In this document: one piece after another, positions 1-10,435 of the stretch
How positions within the stretch are numbered: the first letter of the stretch is position 1
Layout of the letters: every line of letters begins with the position of its first letter
IMG/VR virus record: IMGVR_UViG_3300009068_000023
Source of the DNA: a virus
Reading direction: 5' to 3' (one strand)
DNA: 64,000 nucleotides
The notes under the pieces: generated by a model
What the model saw: only the letters and a program-made list of their open reading frames with translations
Database searches by the model: none
Told to the model about the DNA's origin: nothing
Program-made: the position numbers and the translations under genes

Positions 1-1
1 T

Positions 2-805
2 CTATCCGGAAACACAACACTAGAAGTTAATCACTTACTTACACAGAGTAATGGTACTGCTATTATAGCATCTGGGGAGGTTTATAGTTATTCAACTAAT
101 GCAACTTCAAATTCAGTTACTATAACTGTAGTTAACTTAGACGGGACATTTAATACTAGCTATAACATCACAGATACTCAAACAGGAGGAGTCTTTAAAT
201 TTAATACTAAGACAACCTCTACTTTAGGACAGATAGCAAAGGGAAAAATAAAAACTTCCAACTCTACTGTCATAACTGTAAGCCGTAGATCCTTGTTTAA
301 TAATTTTGTTCCTAGTGCTTCTAACAATCTGATAGGACAGGTTACTTTATCTAACTGTTCCATTGTAAGTGTAACTCCAGACACACTTTCAACTGCTGCA
401 GGAGATAATGCAGTAGTTACATCAAACGTTGTGTATCAAGCAGGCTCATTGACTAGCATACAGGTAATAGACTCAGGTTTTGGGTATGAGCAGGATGAAG
501 GGGTTTCTATGACTTCTGCTGCTGGGGAAATTGCTACCGGTAAGAGCAATGTCACTAGATACGGTATAGGTTCCGGATATTATGCATCTAAGGATGGATT
601 TTTAAGCGATGTCAAAAAGATTCATGACGGCGAATACTATCAAGAATATTCCTATGAAGTACAGAGCCCTATCCCGCTAGATAAGTATACTAACATCCTT
701 AGAGAAATTCTGCATGTTGCGGGTACTAAGCTTTTTGGTAAAGTAAAACTTAGCAGCACTGTTAACAATAATATTATATCAACTTCAAGCATAACCATAT
801 TATAA
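2..805 (+). CDS. gp7: Baseplate wedge initiator gp7-like, C-terminal part (5'-truncated by window)
   Basis: Frame is open from nt 2. The C-terminal motif DGEYYQEYSYEV...LHVAGTKLFG resembles gp7 C-termini of T4-like phages. TAATG overlap with gp8. Confidence 0.7.
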   Translation, partial: LSGNTTLEVNHLLTQSNGTAIIASGEVYSYSTNATSNSVTITVVNLDGTFNTSYNITDTQTGGVFKFNTKTTSTLGQIAKGKIKTSNSTVITVSRRSLFNNFVPSASNNLIGQVTLSNCSIVSVTPDTLSTAAGDNAVVTSNVVYQAGSLTSIQVIDSGFGYEQDEGVSMTSAAGEIATGKSNVTRYGIGSGYYASKDGFLSDVKKIHDGEYYQEYSYEVQSPIPLDKYTNILREILHVAGTKLFGKVKLSSTVNNNIISTSSITIL

Positions 806-2820
806 TGTCAAGATTAGTAACTAGTTATTTTAAAAATCATATCGCAGCTCAGATATCAGAATCTTTTATCGAGCCTGCTAATAACGTATATTATATGTTG
901 GCTTCTAGACATATGCCTTATCCTCAAGGCGATGATAATATATTAGCTGCGAATAATAGCACCGCAGCAGTCTTTATAGAGCCTTACGAGCAAGGAATAT
1001 TCGCTAAAAAAATTCAAGCTACTGATACTGCGCGCATGGCTAGTAGATACGACTGGGTATCTAATACAATATACGAAAGCTATGATAGCGACGCTGACTT
1101 AACCAACAAACAATTTTATGTAAGTACTACTGATGGGTCAACTTATTTCATATACAAATGCTTAGATAATAACGGTAATACCGCATCAACATATAGCCCA
1201 GCAGATACAGTAGAAAGTGCTTGTAGCTTTTCTACTAGTGACGGATATGTTTGGAAGCTTATGTATAAAATGGCAAACAATGATTTCCTAAAGTTTGCTT
1301 CAGATGATTATATGCCAGTAGTTACTAGTGCCAACGTTGCAGGAAATACAGTAGCAGGTGCCATTGACGTTATTAGAGTTACTAACCCTGGATCGGCCTA
1401 TATTTCTACATTTACTGGTACGTTTAACTCTGATGATTTAAGAGATTCAATTCCTACGATTATAGGGAGCAGTACTACCTATAGACTTGCTAATACCGCG
1501 TCTGCTAATGCAAACTTCTATATTAATAGTGCAATGTATATTACCGGCGGCACCGGTATGGGCGGACTAAGAAAAATAACTGAATATGATCATGTTAAGA
1601 AAGTAGTAGTGGTAGAAACTCCTTTTAGCACCCAACCTTCCGCAGGATCCACATATTTAATTGCCCCTAATGTAGTTGTAGCTGGTGATGGTACTACAAA
1701 TGTTACAGGGTATGCTACAGTTTCTTCTAACGCTACTGTAAATAATTTTATTAGCAAGATTAATTTAGTAGAAAGAGGCGCCGGGTTTACATATGGTACG
1801 GCAGAGGTTCAAGGCAATACGGGTGGGGTGTCTAATAGCGCCGTATTAAAGGTCATTATACCACCACAGGGCGGTCATGGGGCGGATGCAGAGAATGAGC
1901 TTGGTGCAACTAATTTTGGTATAGGAATTGAGTTTACGGGAGATGAAAACGGTTATGTCACAACTCAAAATGATTATAGATCCATCTACATTCTTAAAGA
2001 CCCATTGCTTAACAATGTAACCCTAGAGCTTGCTAACAGTGTAGGTACGTTCTTGGGCACAGAAGAAATAGTACAATTAAACTACAAGACCCTTGCTGGT
2101 ATTGCCGTGGTAAATACGACTAATAGTATTATTTCAGGTATTTCTACAGAATTTAATAGCGCGTTAAAGATAGGTGATGAGGTTATAATATACGACACAG
2201 TTAACAATACAAGATGTTTGAGAACTGTAGCGTCTATTGCTAATTCAACATCCGTTACCTTAAGTAGCGCTCCTACATTTAACTCTACTATTGCAAGCGT
2301 ACAATTCATAGAGCGGATTAGTACAGGTACTAGAGCAGGTGGCTCATTGCCCTACCTAAATATGAATAGTGTTGAGCCTAAATTTCAGATCGGTAAGAAT
2401 GTAATAGGAGTAGTATCAGGTGCATGGGGTAATGTTTCAGCAATAACTATTAACGATGTGGATTATAATAATTTTAATACACTAGATAATAGAACTCGCG
2501 TACCTTATGATAGTATAGTAGGAACATTAAATGAAGATGCTGAGGTTTATCAAGTTGATCTCTCAGTTGCTAATGCCTACGTACATTCTACTAACAATAC
2601 TTACCTGTTCTTGACTAATGAAAGAGGGGTTATAAATCCTGATTTGGTAGATACAGTTAAGGTAGTAGATAGTAATACAACAATTATACCCGGAATAGGC
2701 ACTAGATACTCACCAGATATTGTTAAAGGTAGCGGCAATATATTATACGTTGAGAACCTAGACCCTATTGCAAGAAATGACGAACAGTCCGAAGCAGTCA
2801 GAGTTATATTGAATTTTTAA
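805..2820 (+). CDS. gp8: Baseplate wedge subunit gp8
   Basis: Motifs RYDW, FYV, IYKCLDN, TSDGYVWKLMY, PQGGHG, and C-terminal SGNILYVEN..PI.R...Q.E....L.F typical of gp8. Confidence 0.85.
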   Translation: MSRLVTSYFKNHIAAQISESFIEPANNVYYMLASRHMPYPQGDDNILAANNSTAAVFIEPYEQGIFAKKIQATDTARMASRYDWVSNTIYESYDSDADLTNKQFYVSTTDGSTYFIYKCLDNNGNTASTYSPADTVESACSFSTSDGYVWKLMYKMANNDFLKFASDDYMPVVTSANVAGNTVAGAIDVIRVTNPGSAYISTFTGTFNSDDLRDSIPTIIGSSTTYRLANTASANANFYINSAMYITGGTGMGGLRKITEYDHVKKVVVVETPFSTQPSAGSTYLIAPNVVVAGDGTTNVTGYATVSSNATVNNFISKINLVERGAGFTYGTAEVQGNTGGVSNSAVLKVIIPPQGGHGADAENELGATNFGIGIEFTGDENGYVTTQNDYRSIYILKDPLLNNVTLELANSVGTFLGTEEIVQLNYKTLAGIAVVNTTNSIISGISTEFNSALKIGDEVIIYDTVNNTRCLRTVASIANSTSVTLSSAPTFNSTIASVQFIERISTGTRAGGSLPYLNMNSVEPKFQIGKNVIGVVSGAWGNVSAITINDVDYNNFNTLDNRTRVPYDSIVGTLNEDAEVYQVDLSVANAYVHSTNNTYLFLTNERGVINPDLVDTVKVVDSNTTIIPGIGTRYSPDIVKGSGNILYVENLDPIARNDEQSEAVRVILNF

Positions 2821-2829
2821 GAGGGAAGT

Positions 2830-5800
2830 ATGTCTATAGAGACTAATTTAAACGTTGCTCCTTATTTTGATGACTATACTGATAACAGTAACTACTACAA
2901 GATATTGTTTAGACCAGGTGTGTCAGTCCAGGCTCGCGAGCTCACTCAAATTCAGGACATACTACAAACCCAAGTAGAAAGATTCGGTAATCACGTTTTT
3001 AAAAGTGGCACCATAGTAAGTGGAGTTAACTTTCAGTTTTATCCAGCTTATAGTTATGTAAAGCTTCTGGATAATCAAGCAGATGGTCAACCTGCTATAC
3101 CTACAGAATATGTAAACTACTATGCTAAGAACACAGCGAACGTTCAAGCAAAAATTATTAATGCTAAACAAGGCTTGCAATCTACAGACCCTGATACAAA
3201 TTATTTGTATTTAAACTATATTAATTCAGGTGACTCAGCGTTAGAGACTAGTTTTGCCAATAGCAACGTACTAACAATTTTCAGCAAAAATTACGAAATA
3301 TTTGACTTTAATGTCGTTAATGGTGGTACCTCATTCTCAAACTCTGATACAGTTCAGATTACTAGCGCTTTATTAGTAAGTAACAGCTCCATCAATTCCA
3401 GCGCCGGTATATCTCAGGTAAACGGTACAACTGTAGCTAATGTATATGTTTATGAAGCTAATAATAATTTTAGTATTACTCTTGATAATGTAACATATAG
3501 TAGCAATGATGGATACACTCTTCTTAAAATTAAACCCCATACTAATGATCTAGCTAATAGTGCAGTAGGTGCAGAAAAGTGGACAATTACAAGTGAAGGC
3601 TTCGTAGTACAGGGATCAAATAGCGCATATGTTGTCGGCCTAGTTGGTACAGGTGCGTCTGCAGTGCTCACTACTGACTCATCGGGTGTTGTTACAGATG
3701 TATCTCTAACAAATCCTGGAACTAACTATATTGAAGCACCTTACGTTACAGTAAGAAGTAGCACTGGTACCTTTAACAACCTAGAAATTACACCTCAGAT
3801 GTTTAAGGCGCAGGTGTTAGTTGCTGATTCGTCTTATACTGGTGGCAATTCTACTCCAGTTGGTAACGCATATGCATTTGGGGTTACTGAGGGCATAATT
3901 TATCAGAAGGGTTTCTTCTTAGGCGTTAATTCACAAATCACGGTAGTTAATTCATATTCTACCAATGTTAATAGCGTGTCTGTTGGGTTTGTTACTCAAG
4001 AGGCTATAGTTAATACAAATGTGGATTCCACCCTATTAGACAATGCTACAGGCACTCCAAACTTTGCCGCACCTGGTGCAAATAGATTAAAGTTTATTCC
4101 TACTCTATCTGTAGTAGATACTGCTAATGCAGAATCAAATAATACATTCTTCCCGCTAGTAGAATTTAGAGAAGGTCAACCTTACAAGCAATACAAGAAT
4201 ACTCTCTATAATATTCTATCAAAAGAATTTGAAAGAAGAACAACAGAAACTAGTGGCAACTTTGTAGTTGATCCTTTTATTGTTTCTACAAAAGATCAAA
4301 CAACTTGGAGCAACTCTTACTTTAATGCAGTATCTGATCCTGGTATTCTTTACATTGATGGTGTAAGAGTAGACACTCAACGTAATACATTTGTTCCAGT
4401 TAGACGATCTAACGACACTTATATACTAGAAGATCAGATTACCAGTATTAATTATGGTAGCTATGTTCTAGTAAAAGAGCTAGCAGGGTTTGTAGACACC
4501 GACGCAGCACCTGAGGTTTCTATCTACGGTGTTCCATATCAGTATTATACAAAAAACAAGAGTAGTATATCATTTACTGATACTGTGATAGGCACAGCTA
4601 AAGTTAGATCGATAGTATATGATTCGGGTACTCCTGGCACCTCATCTGCAAACTATAGAATGTACCTATTTGATGTGTCCATGAGACAAGGGTACAGCTT
4701 TAGTCAAGCTAGATCAGTTTATTATAATGGAGTTAGTTACGATGGTGTAGCAGATCTAGTTTTAGAGAGAAATAACCTAAACAAAGAAATAGCAGTTCTT
4801 AAGGATCCAAAGAATAGCTCACTATTGTTTGATCTATCTGTAGAGGGTGTTAAGTCAGTAAATTCGGTCACATATGGATATAGATCTGCTGTATCATCTG
4901 CTAATATTAGCTCTAACGGCGTTGCATCACTCACCATAAGCGATCAGTTCATCTACGGCAATAACGCTACTCTCAGCGCAAATCAACGCAAGGAAGTAAT
5001 CCTTGTACCTCTTGCCAATGCAATTTCTACTAATACTGCAACAGCAGAGTTGACTAGAAATAATAAGTTTGTAATTGGTGATTTACTAGACACATACTTT
5101 AAACCCGGTGACAGTGTTTATCTAGAAAATTCGGCTAATGATAGTATCTACTTGTACAGCTCGGTTGCATCGGTTTCTAATAATACCTACATGGTGCTTA
5201 ATGATGCATGGCCGTTTAATTCCAATACATCTATTAATGTAAGCAGATATTTGCCTGGCAACGTCCCAGTTCCTCTAGACGATACGCGTGTAAGCGTAAA
5301 CACAAACAGCACGGGTACTACTCTTTACGTTAATCTTAACGGGGTATCTCCTAACACATTCAGTCTCTCTTCATCTGTACCAGCGGCTATCACATACAAT
5401 GCTATCAAGACCAACTTTCAAAAGCTAGCCAAGCTTGTAAGTAGAAATAACTATGTTAAGATTTGCTTAGCAAATAACGTTGCAACAACTAAGGGACCAT
5501 GGTGTTTAGGTATACCGGACGCTTTTAGATTAAACAGAGTCTTTATTGCAAATTCAAGCACCGTTAATACTAACAGTACCGTGATTACAGATAACTTCTA
5601 TATTGACAATGGTCAAACATCAGACTACTACGGTCACGCCCATCTAGCTAAGAGAAATTCTATAGCTCGTAATCTCAGCGAAGATCAATGGCTGCTAGTA
5701 GAGTTTGATGCATTCTATCTAGGAACACCATCAGCTGCTGGCTTCTTTAGCGTGTTAAGCTACCCATTAAACTCTAATAATAGCACACGCACCGCAATGG

Positions 5801-8800
5801 GTAACACATCTATCAACATAGTTGAAATTCCTGAGTTTAAATTGCCTAGCGGGAAAGTCTTAGGTCTAGAAAATGCTTTGGACTTTAGACCCAGAATTCA
5901 ATCTCAAGCAAACTACACCTCTAATCCTAGTACGGCATCCGTTAATCCAGCGAATACTAGAACCTTCTATACGTCGGATAAATTATTCCCTATTCCAGAT
6001 AGCAATGCAATTTTTAACTACGAAGCGTATCTGAAGAGAAAAGATAGAGTAGTAGTTTCTAAAGCTGGTAATATAAAGGTAGTAGAAGGTACTCCTGCCT
6101 ATGTCCCCGTGCCTACTGAAGCACCTGCAGATAGCATTACAATTTCTATACTTGAAATACCTTCATACCCATCCTTGCCAAAGGTGCCTGATAGTAACGT
6201 AGTAGACTTGTTTACTAAGCGTACTGGTACAGCTTCTGGGCTTTATTCGCGTCATGTAAACTACACTGTAAAAGATGTTTATGATGTTACTGAAGCTTCC
6301 AAGACACCTAAGAGATATACCATGGGTGAAATTGGTAATCTTGAAAGCAGAATTAAAAATCTTGAATACTATACTTCTCTTAATTTACTAGACAAGAAAA
6401 CAAAAGATATTAATATTCCTAGTTCTATTAACCCTTCTCTTGATAGAACTAAGTATGGATATTTTGTTGATAACTTTAATGACTACTTAAGTTCAGATAT
6501 CAACAATAAGGAAATGACCGCTTATATAGATCAGGAAGCAGGTCGATTAATTCCGCAAATTAAGAGCTTTAACCTGCAGGCCAGATTTAATTATGATGAT
6601 AGTACTACTCTTAACAGCTTAAGATATAGCGGCAACGTTGTTAGTGAACCAGCGCCTGGTAAGTGGTCAGAGCATGTGTTAATGTTGCCGTCTAATGGTG
6701 AAATTAATATTATTTCTCAAAACAGATTTACCTCTGCTGTTAATGGTACTGGCGGAGACACTAAGTTTGTAGGGGACATGATTACCGAGCCAGGCAACTT
6801 AAGAGTTGCTTTTAAGGTAGCGGTTAAACAGACAGACACAACATTAATTCAAGAAAGCCCTGCAATAGATGTTACTCCTGATGACATTGTTAGTAATACT
6901 GATCCTAGATATGTGCTTTCAGCATCTAAGAGAGAAGTAACGGAAGGTAGCAACGTGTCTATTAGCTTTATAACAGTTAATGTTGCTAATGGAACTAGTT
7001 TTAATTATACAATTACTGGTAACAATATAACCTCTGGTGATATTAGTGCAGCACTTACTGGTACCCTAACAGTAGAAGGTAACACCGACGTTGCTTATGC
7101 TAATTTGCAAATTAACATTTTAAATGACTTTACTACCGAGTCTTTAGAGACCATGGTATTTACTGTTAATACTTCTCCTACTACTTCTATCAACGTTAAT
7201 ATTGTAAGCACTTCAAGCAATACTGAATATCGTACTGTATTTACTTCCCCAACAGGTACTGATAGTGTGGGCGAAGGACAGAACTGCTACTTTACGTTTA
7301 CTGTTAGTAGCCCGCAAGTTAATACGTATCCTTATAGCATCACTGGTATTGGTATCACTAATAGCGATATTACTATTAGAACTTCAAGTAATTCTACAAG
7401 CAACGTAACAGTTGATTCTACCGGGCTTGGTGGAACGCTTACAATTAATTCAACAGGGTCGTGTGCTGTATACTTGTCTGTTGCAAACGATGCGGTTGTT
7501 GAGGGGTCAGAGCCTGCCACGTTTACAATAGCTCACCCTGCATACTCAAGTTACAGTTTCGTGCTTACAGATAGCACTGTGGTTAACTTCCCGTTAAGTG
7601 TAAGTAATTCTAGTATAACTGATGGTGGTAGCGCAACCTTTGTATTAACATCTACCGGTTCTATTTCTAACGGAACTACGGCAAGCTACACTTTAAGTGG
7701 GGTAGAACCAACAGACATTAATGTGCCTATGGCCGGTAGCGTAACATTTGGTAATAACTATGCTAATTTAACATTTACTGCAAATTCAAGCAGCCTGTCT
7801 AACGGCATTAAGACGCTAGTATATACTGTAACCCCACCAAGCGGCACTAACTATAATACAACACCTGCATCAGTTAGTACTAATATTAGATTTGAGAGAG
7901 ATGATAGCGCCAGCTTAACTTGTAATACCTTTAGAATTGCAGAAACAAGCACTGCCGGATTTACCCTAACTTATGCTAATGGATATTCTGGTAGCGTCCC
8001 ATACACTATTACTGGCACTAGTGGATTTACAAGTGGAGATATAAGCGTAGGGTTAACTGGAAATATTACAGTTACCTCAGGCTCTGGAACACTTTCTGTA
8101 ACTGCGGCTAATAATGCAAGCGGGGAAAGTGACGAGACCTTTACATTGTCAATTCCTAGTGTTGCTGATATGACTACAGGTCAAGCATTATCCCGCTCAG
8201 TAACAATTACTGCTGACTCTGGTCCTCCTCCTATATCTTACAGGCTGGAGAGCTCAGGGCGGGAAGTTCAAGAAGGCGGCAACATAGTGTATACACTAGT
8301 AACTACTGGTATAGGAGCTGGAACTTATAATTATAATATTACTCCTTCTACTACCAATGGAAGCGGTATTACTCAAACCGACTTTGTTACTCCATTATCT
8401 GGTACTATAACAGTAACAGGTAACACTACTTTAGCCACAGGCAGCGTAACAGTAACGGTTGCTAACGATATCATTAATGAAGCTGACGAGACTTTCGCAT
8501 TTACAGTTTCAGGTACAACGGCTGCAGTGACTGGATCACCATCGTTTGTAACTATTAAAAATACTCAAGTTGCTACTCCAACTCTAACGTGTGATAAGAG
8601 AGTGGTGTATGCAAAGACGGAGTCTGAATCAACTGAAGCCACAGTTACATATACGTTACAAGTACCGGGTGCGGCTGACGGTACAGTATACCCTTACCAG
8701 ATTATGAATGTCGGGGGCTCAGTTGAACCGTTTAGATACAAAAACGACGGGGTTTTAATTGATTCCGGTAGTGTTGATGAAGATAACAATCCAATTTATG

Positions 8801-9924
8801 TTTTAGATAAATCTAAAGCTGCTACAGGGTCTGTTATTAACATATTTGCTGCCTACAAATGGAATCTTAAAAAAATTAACGCTACAGGTAATTTAACTAT
8901 AAGCGGCGGAAAAGCTACCAAGCAAATACCATATTTTAGAGATGATAATGATGGTTCTGGAGAAGAATATTATTTAATGAGAGTACAGCTAGGATCAGTA
9001 ACAGATGATAAGACTAGAGGAACTAACGATGTACTGTCACCTGCTACATTCATAGCTGCTAGTAGTTTTTCAACATCTTCAATAGGCGCATTGACCTGTA
9101 ACTTTGATAAAACATCAGTAGCGGCAGGTAATACATTTACATACAAAGCCAGTGTCGCTAAAGGTATAGATGCAGTTGTGTTAAATTACAATATTACTGG
9201 TGTTGTATCAGATGATATTTGTGGCGCGCCGCTTTCTGGTCAATTAATTACACAAAGAGCTAACACTGCGGATGTTTCTGGATCTGTTGATACCTTCGCT
9301 ACACTTAGCTTTACTTCTAATGCAGCGCTTGCAACTAATAAAAACATTATCGTTACTGCTACCGCGCTTAATAATCAACTAGTATCGCCTGCTATAGTAG
9401 CTGCAGATACATTGTTGATAGCAGCAAGCGCTCCTGCTACACCTCTATATAACTTAACTTGTCAGACTATAGTAGGTACTTATTCGGCAGACTCTATATA
9501 CAATAATACTAGCGCAAAGACTTACGGGTATATAAAATGCTATTTTAATACCTCTAATATAGCAAAAAATGCTAGTCTTACAGTTAAACTATTTAACGAG
9601 ACTCAAAATAAATATGTCATAACAAACGGGCCTAAATCAATTGCTGCTAAATCCCTTAACAATGATTTTAGTATAGCTCTTACCAATAATACCCCTACTG
9701 AAGGGTCACCGTACCTAACTACTAACGGTACTAGTTTAGGTAGTATAGTAGTAACGTATGGCACAACAATAACATATACTGGATATAAGACGGGTGATAT
9801 ATTGAGGGTGGAGATTTATAGTGGTAGTACTAAATTAGCTGAAGCGCGCACCGTAGCTCCTAATCCAACTATCACAGGTACACAGCCTTCCGGTGTTCTC
9901 TTTCAAAAGATAGGATATGCATAA
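2830..9924 (+). CDS. Giant virion structural protein, DUF4815/VrlC-like N-terminal part with C-terminal Calx-beta/Ig-like repeats
   Basis: N-terminus NLNVAPYFDDY..YYKILFRPGVSVQARELTQIQ, plus APGANRLK, DFRP, RYTMGEIGNLESRIKNLEYYTSL and GYFVDNF motifs. 2364 aa. Confidence 0.8.
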   Translation: MSIETNLNVAPYFDDYTDNSNYYKILFRPGVSVQARELTQIQDILQTQVERFGNHVFKSGTIVSGVNFQFYPAYSYVKLLDNQADGQPAIPTEYVNYYAKNTANVQAKIINAKQGLQSTDPDTNYLYLNYINSGDSALETSFANSNVLTIFSKNYEIFDFNVVNGGTSFSNSDTVQITSALLVSNSSINSSAGISQVNGTTVANVYVYEANNNFSITLDNVTYSSNDGYTLLKIKPHTNDLANSAVGAEKWTITSEGFVVQGSNSAYVVGLVGTGASAVLTTDSSGVVTDVSLTNPGTNYIEAPYVTVRSSTGTFNNLEITPQMFKAQVLVADSSYTGGNSTPVGNAYAFGVTEGIIYQKGFFLGVNSQITVVNSYSTNVNSVSVGFVTQEAIVNTNVDSTLLDNATGTPNFAAPGANRLKFIPTLSVVDTANAESNNTFFPLVEFREGQPYKQYKNTLYNILSKEFERRTTETSGNFVVDPFIVSTKDQTTWSNSYFNAVSDPGILYIDGVRVDTQRNTFVPVRRSNDTYILEDQITSINYGSYVLVKELAGFVDTDAAPEVSIYGVPYQYYTKNKSSISFTDTVIGTAKVRSIVYDSGTPGTSSANYRMYLFDVSMRQGYSFSQARSVYYNGVSYDGVADLVLERNNLNKEIAVLKDPKNSSLLFDLSVEGVKSVNSVTYGYRSAVSSANISSNGVASLTISDQFIYGNNATLSANQRKEVILVPLANAISTNTATAELTRNNKFVIGDLLDTYFKPGDSVYLENSANDSIYLYSSVASVSNNTYMVLNDAWPFNSNTSINVSRYLPGNVPVPLDDTRVSVNTNSTGTTLYVNLNGVSPNTFSLSSSVPAAITYNAIKTNFQKLAKLVSRNNYVKICLANNVATTKGPWCLGIPDAFRLNRVFIANSSTVNTNSTVITDNFYIDNGQTSDYYGHAHLAKRNSIARNLSEDQWLLVEFDAFYLGTPSAAGFFSVLSYPLNSNNSTRTAMGNTSINIVEIPEFKLPSGKVLGLENALDFRPRIQSQANYTSNPSTASVNPANTRTFYTSDKLFPIPDSNAIFNYEAYLKRKDRVVVSKAGNIKVVEGTPAYVPVPTEAPADSITISILEIPSYPSLPKVPDSNVVDLFTKRTGTASGLYSRHVNYTVKDVYDVTEASKTPKRYTMGEIGNLESRIKNLEYYTSLNLLDKKTKDINIPSSINPSLDRTKYGYFVDNFNDYLSSDINNKEMTAYIDQEAGRLIPQIKSFNLQARFNYDDSTTLNSLRYSGNVVSEPAPGKWSEHVLMLPSNGEINIISQNRFTSAVNGTGGDTKFVGDMITEPGNLRVAFKVAVKQTDTTLIQESPAIDVTPDDIVSNTDPRYVLSASKREVTEGSNVSISFITVNVANGTSFNYTITGNNITSGDISAALTGTLTVEGNTDVAYANLQINILNDFTTESLETMVFTVNTSPTTSINVNIVSTSSNTEYRTVFTSPTGTDSVGEGQNCYFTFTVSSPQVNTYPYSITGIGITNSDITIRTSSNSTSNVTVDSTGLGGTLTINSTGSCAVYLSVANDAVVEGSEPATFTIAHPAYSSYSFVLTDSTVVNFPLSVSNSSITDGGSATFVLTSTGSISNGTTASYTLSGVEPTDINVPMAGSVTFGNNYANLTFTANSSSLSNGIKTLVYTVTPPSGTNYNTTPASVSTNIRFERDDSASLTCNTFRIAETSTAGFTLTYANGYSGSVPYTITGTSGFTSGDISVGLTGNITVTSGSGTLSVTAANNASGESDETFTLSIPSVADMTTGQALSRSVTITADSGPPPISYRLESSGREVQEGGNIVYTLVTTGIGAGTYNYNITPSTTNGSGITQTDFVTPLSGTITVTGNTTLATGSVTVTVANDIINEADETFAFTVSGTTAAVTGSPSFVTIKNTQVATPTLTCDKRVVYAKTESESTEATVTYTLQVPGAADGTVYPYQIMNVGGSVEPFRYKNDGVLIDSGSVDEDNNPIYVLDKSKAATGSVINIFAAYKWNLKKINATGNLTISGGKATKQIPYFRDDNDGSGEEYYLMRVQLGSVTDDKTRGTNDVLSPATFIAASSFSTSSIGALTCNFDKTSVAAGNTFTYKASVAKGIDAVVLNYNITGVVSDDICGAPLSGQLITQRANTADVSGSVDTFATLSFTSNAALATNKNIIVTATALNNQLVSPAIVAADTLLIAASAPATPLYNLTCQTIVGTYSADSIYNNTSAKTYGYIKCYFNTSNIAKNASLTVKLFNETQNKYVITNGPKSIAAKSLNNDFSIALTNNTPTEGSPYLTTNGTSLGSIVVTYGTTITYTGYKTGDILRVEIYSGSTKLAEARTVAPNPTITGTQPSGVLFQKIGYA

Positions 9925-10427
9925 TGCCTAGTACTACTAATTCTTTAGGATTTACGACCGAAGTAGAAAAAACTACTAGTCGCAATATAAGCTATATTGA
10001 TGCAGTTGCAGAGCAAAGCTTTAAAGTGCGTGTATACGGTTTAAACATTAACACCAAGCTTAATATGTACTCTAATAATAAGAAGGTTAGCTCTAATAAT
10101 ATTATTATGGAAGGTGGTGGCGACTTTAAAACAGATTTCAAAGGTGATGTTGAATTTGTCTATTACTATAAAGAAGCTCTTTCCGAGCTAACAAACGTAT
10201 CTGAAACAGCATATCTAGATTATTTAAATAGAAACTCTGGCAGTCTAACTTTAGTAGCTGTTGATTCTGCATCAATTAGTAGTAATACATTGCCTGTTAA
10301 TTACAGAGATATTGCTAGATGCTATTCTGAATGCATAATAAATAAAACATACGACCCTCAAGTAACAACTAATTACTACGTGGAAATTAAAGAAGTGGGT
10401 AACACTTCTCCCACAACAAATGGTTAA
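9924..10427 (+). CDS. Structural protein, probably a detached middle segment of the DUF4815/VrlC-like protein
   Basis: FKVRVYGLNINTKL...FKTDFKGDVEF resembles the GLKPNT...TD..G segment of such proteins. TAATG coupling. Confidence 0.55.
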   Translation: MPSTTNSLGFTTEVEKTTSRNISYIDAVAEQSFKVRVYGLNINTKLNMYSNNKKVSSNNIIMEGGGDFKTDFKGDVEFVYYYKEALSELTNVSETAYLDYLNRNSGSLTLVAVDSASISSNTLPVNYRDIARCYSECIINKTYDPQVTTNYYVEIKEVGNTSPTTNG

Positions 10428-10435
10428 AGGTTCAC

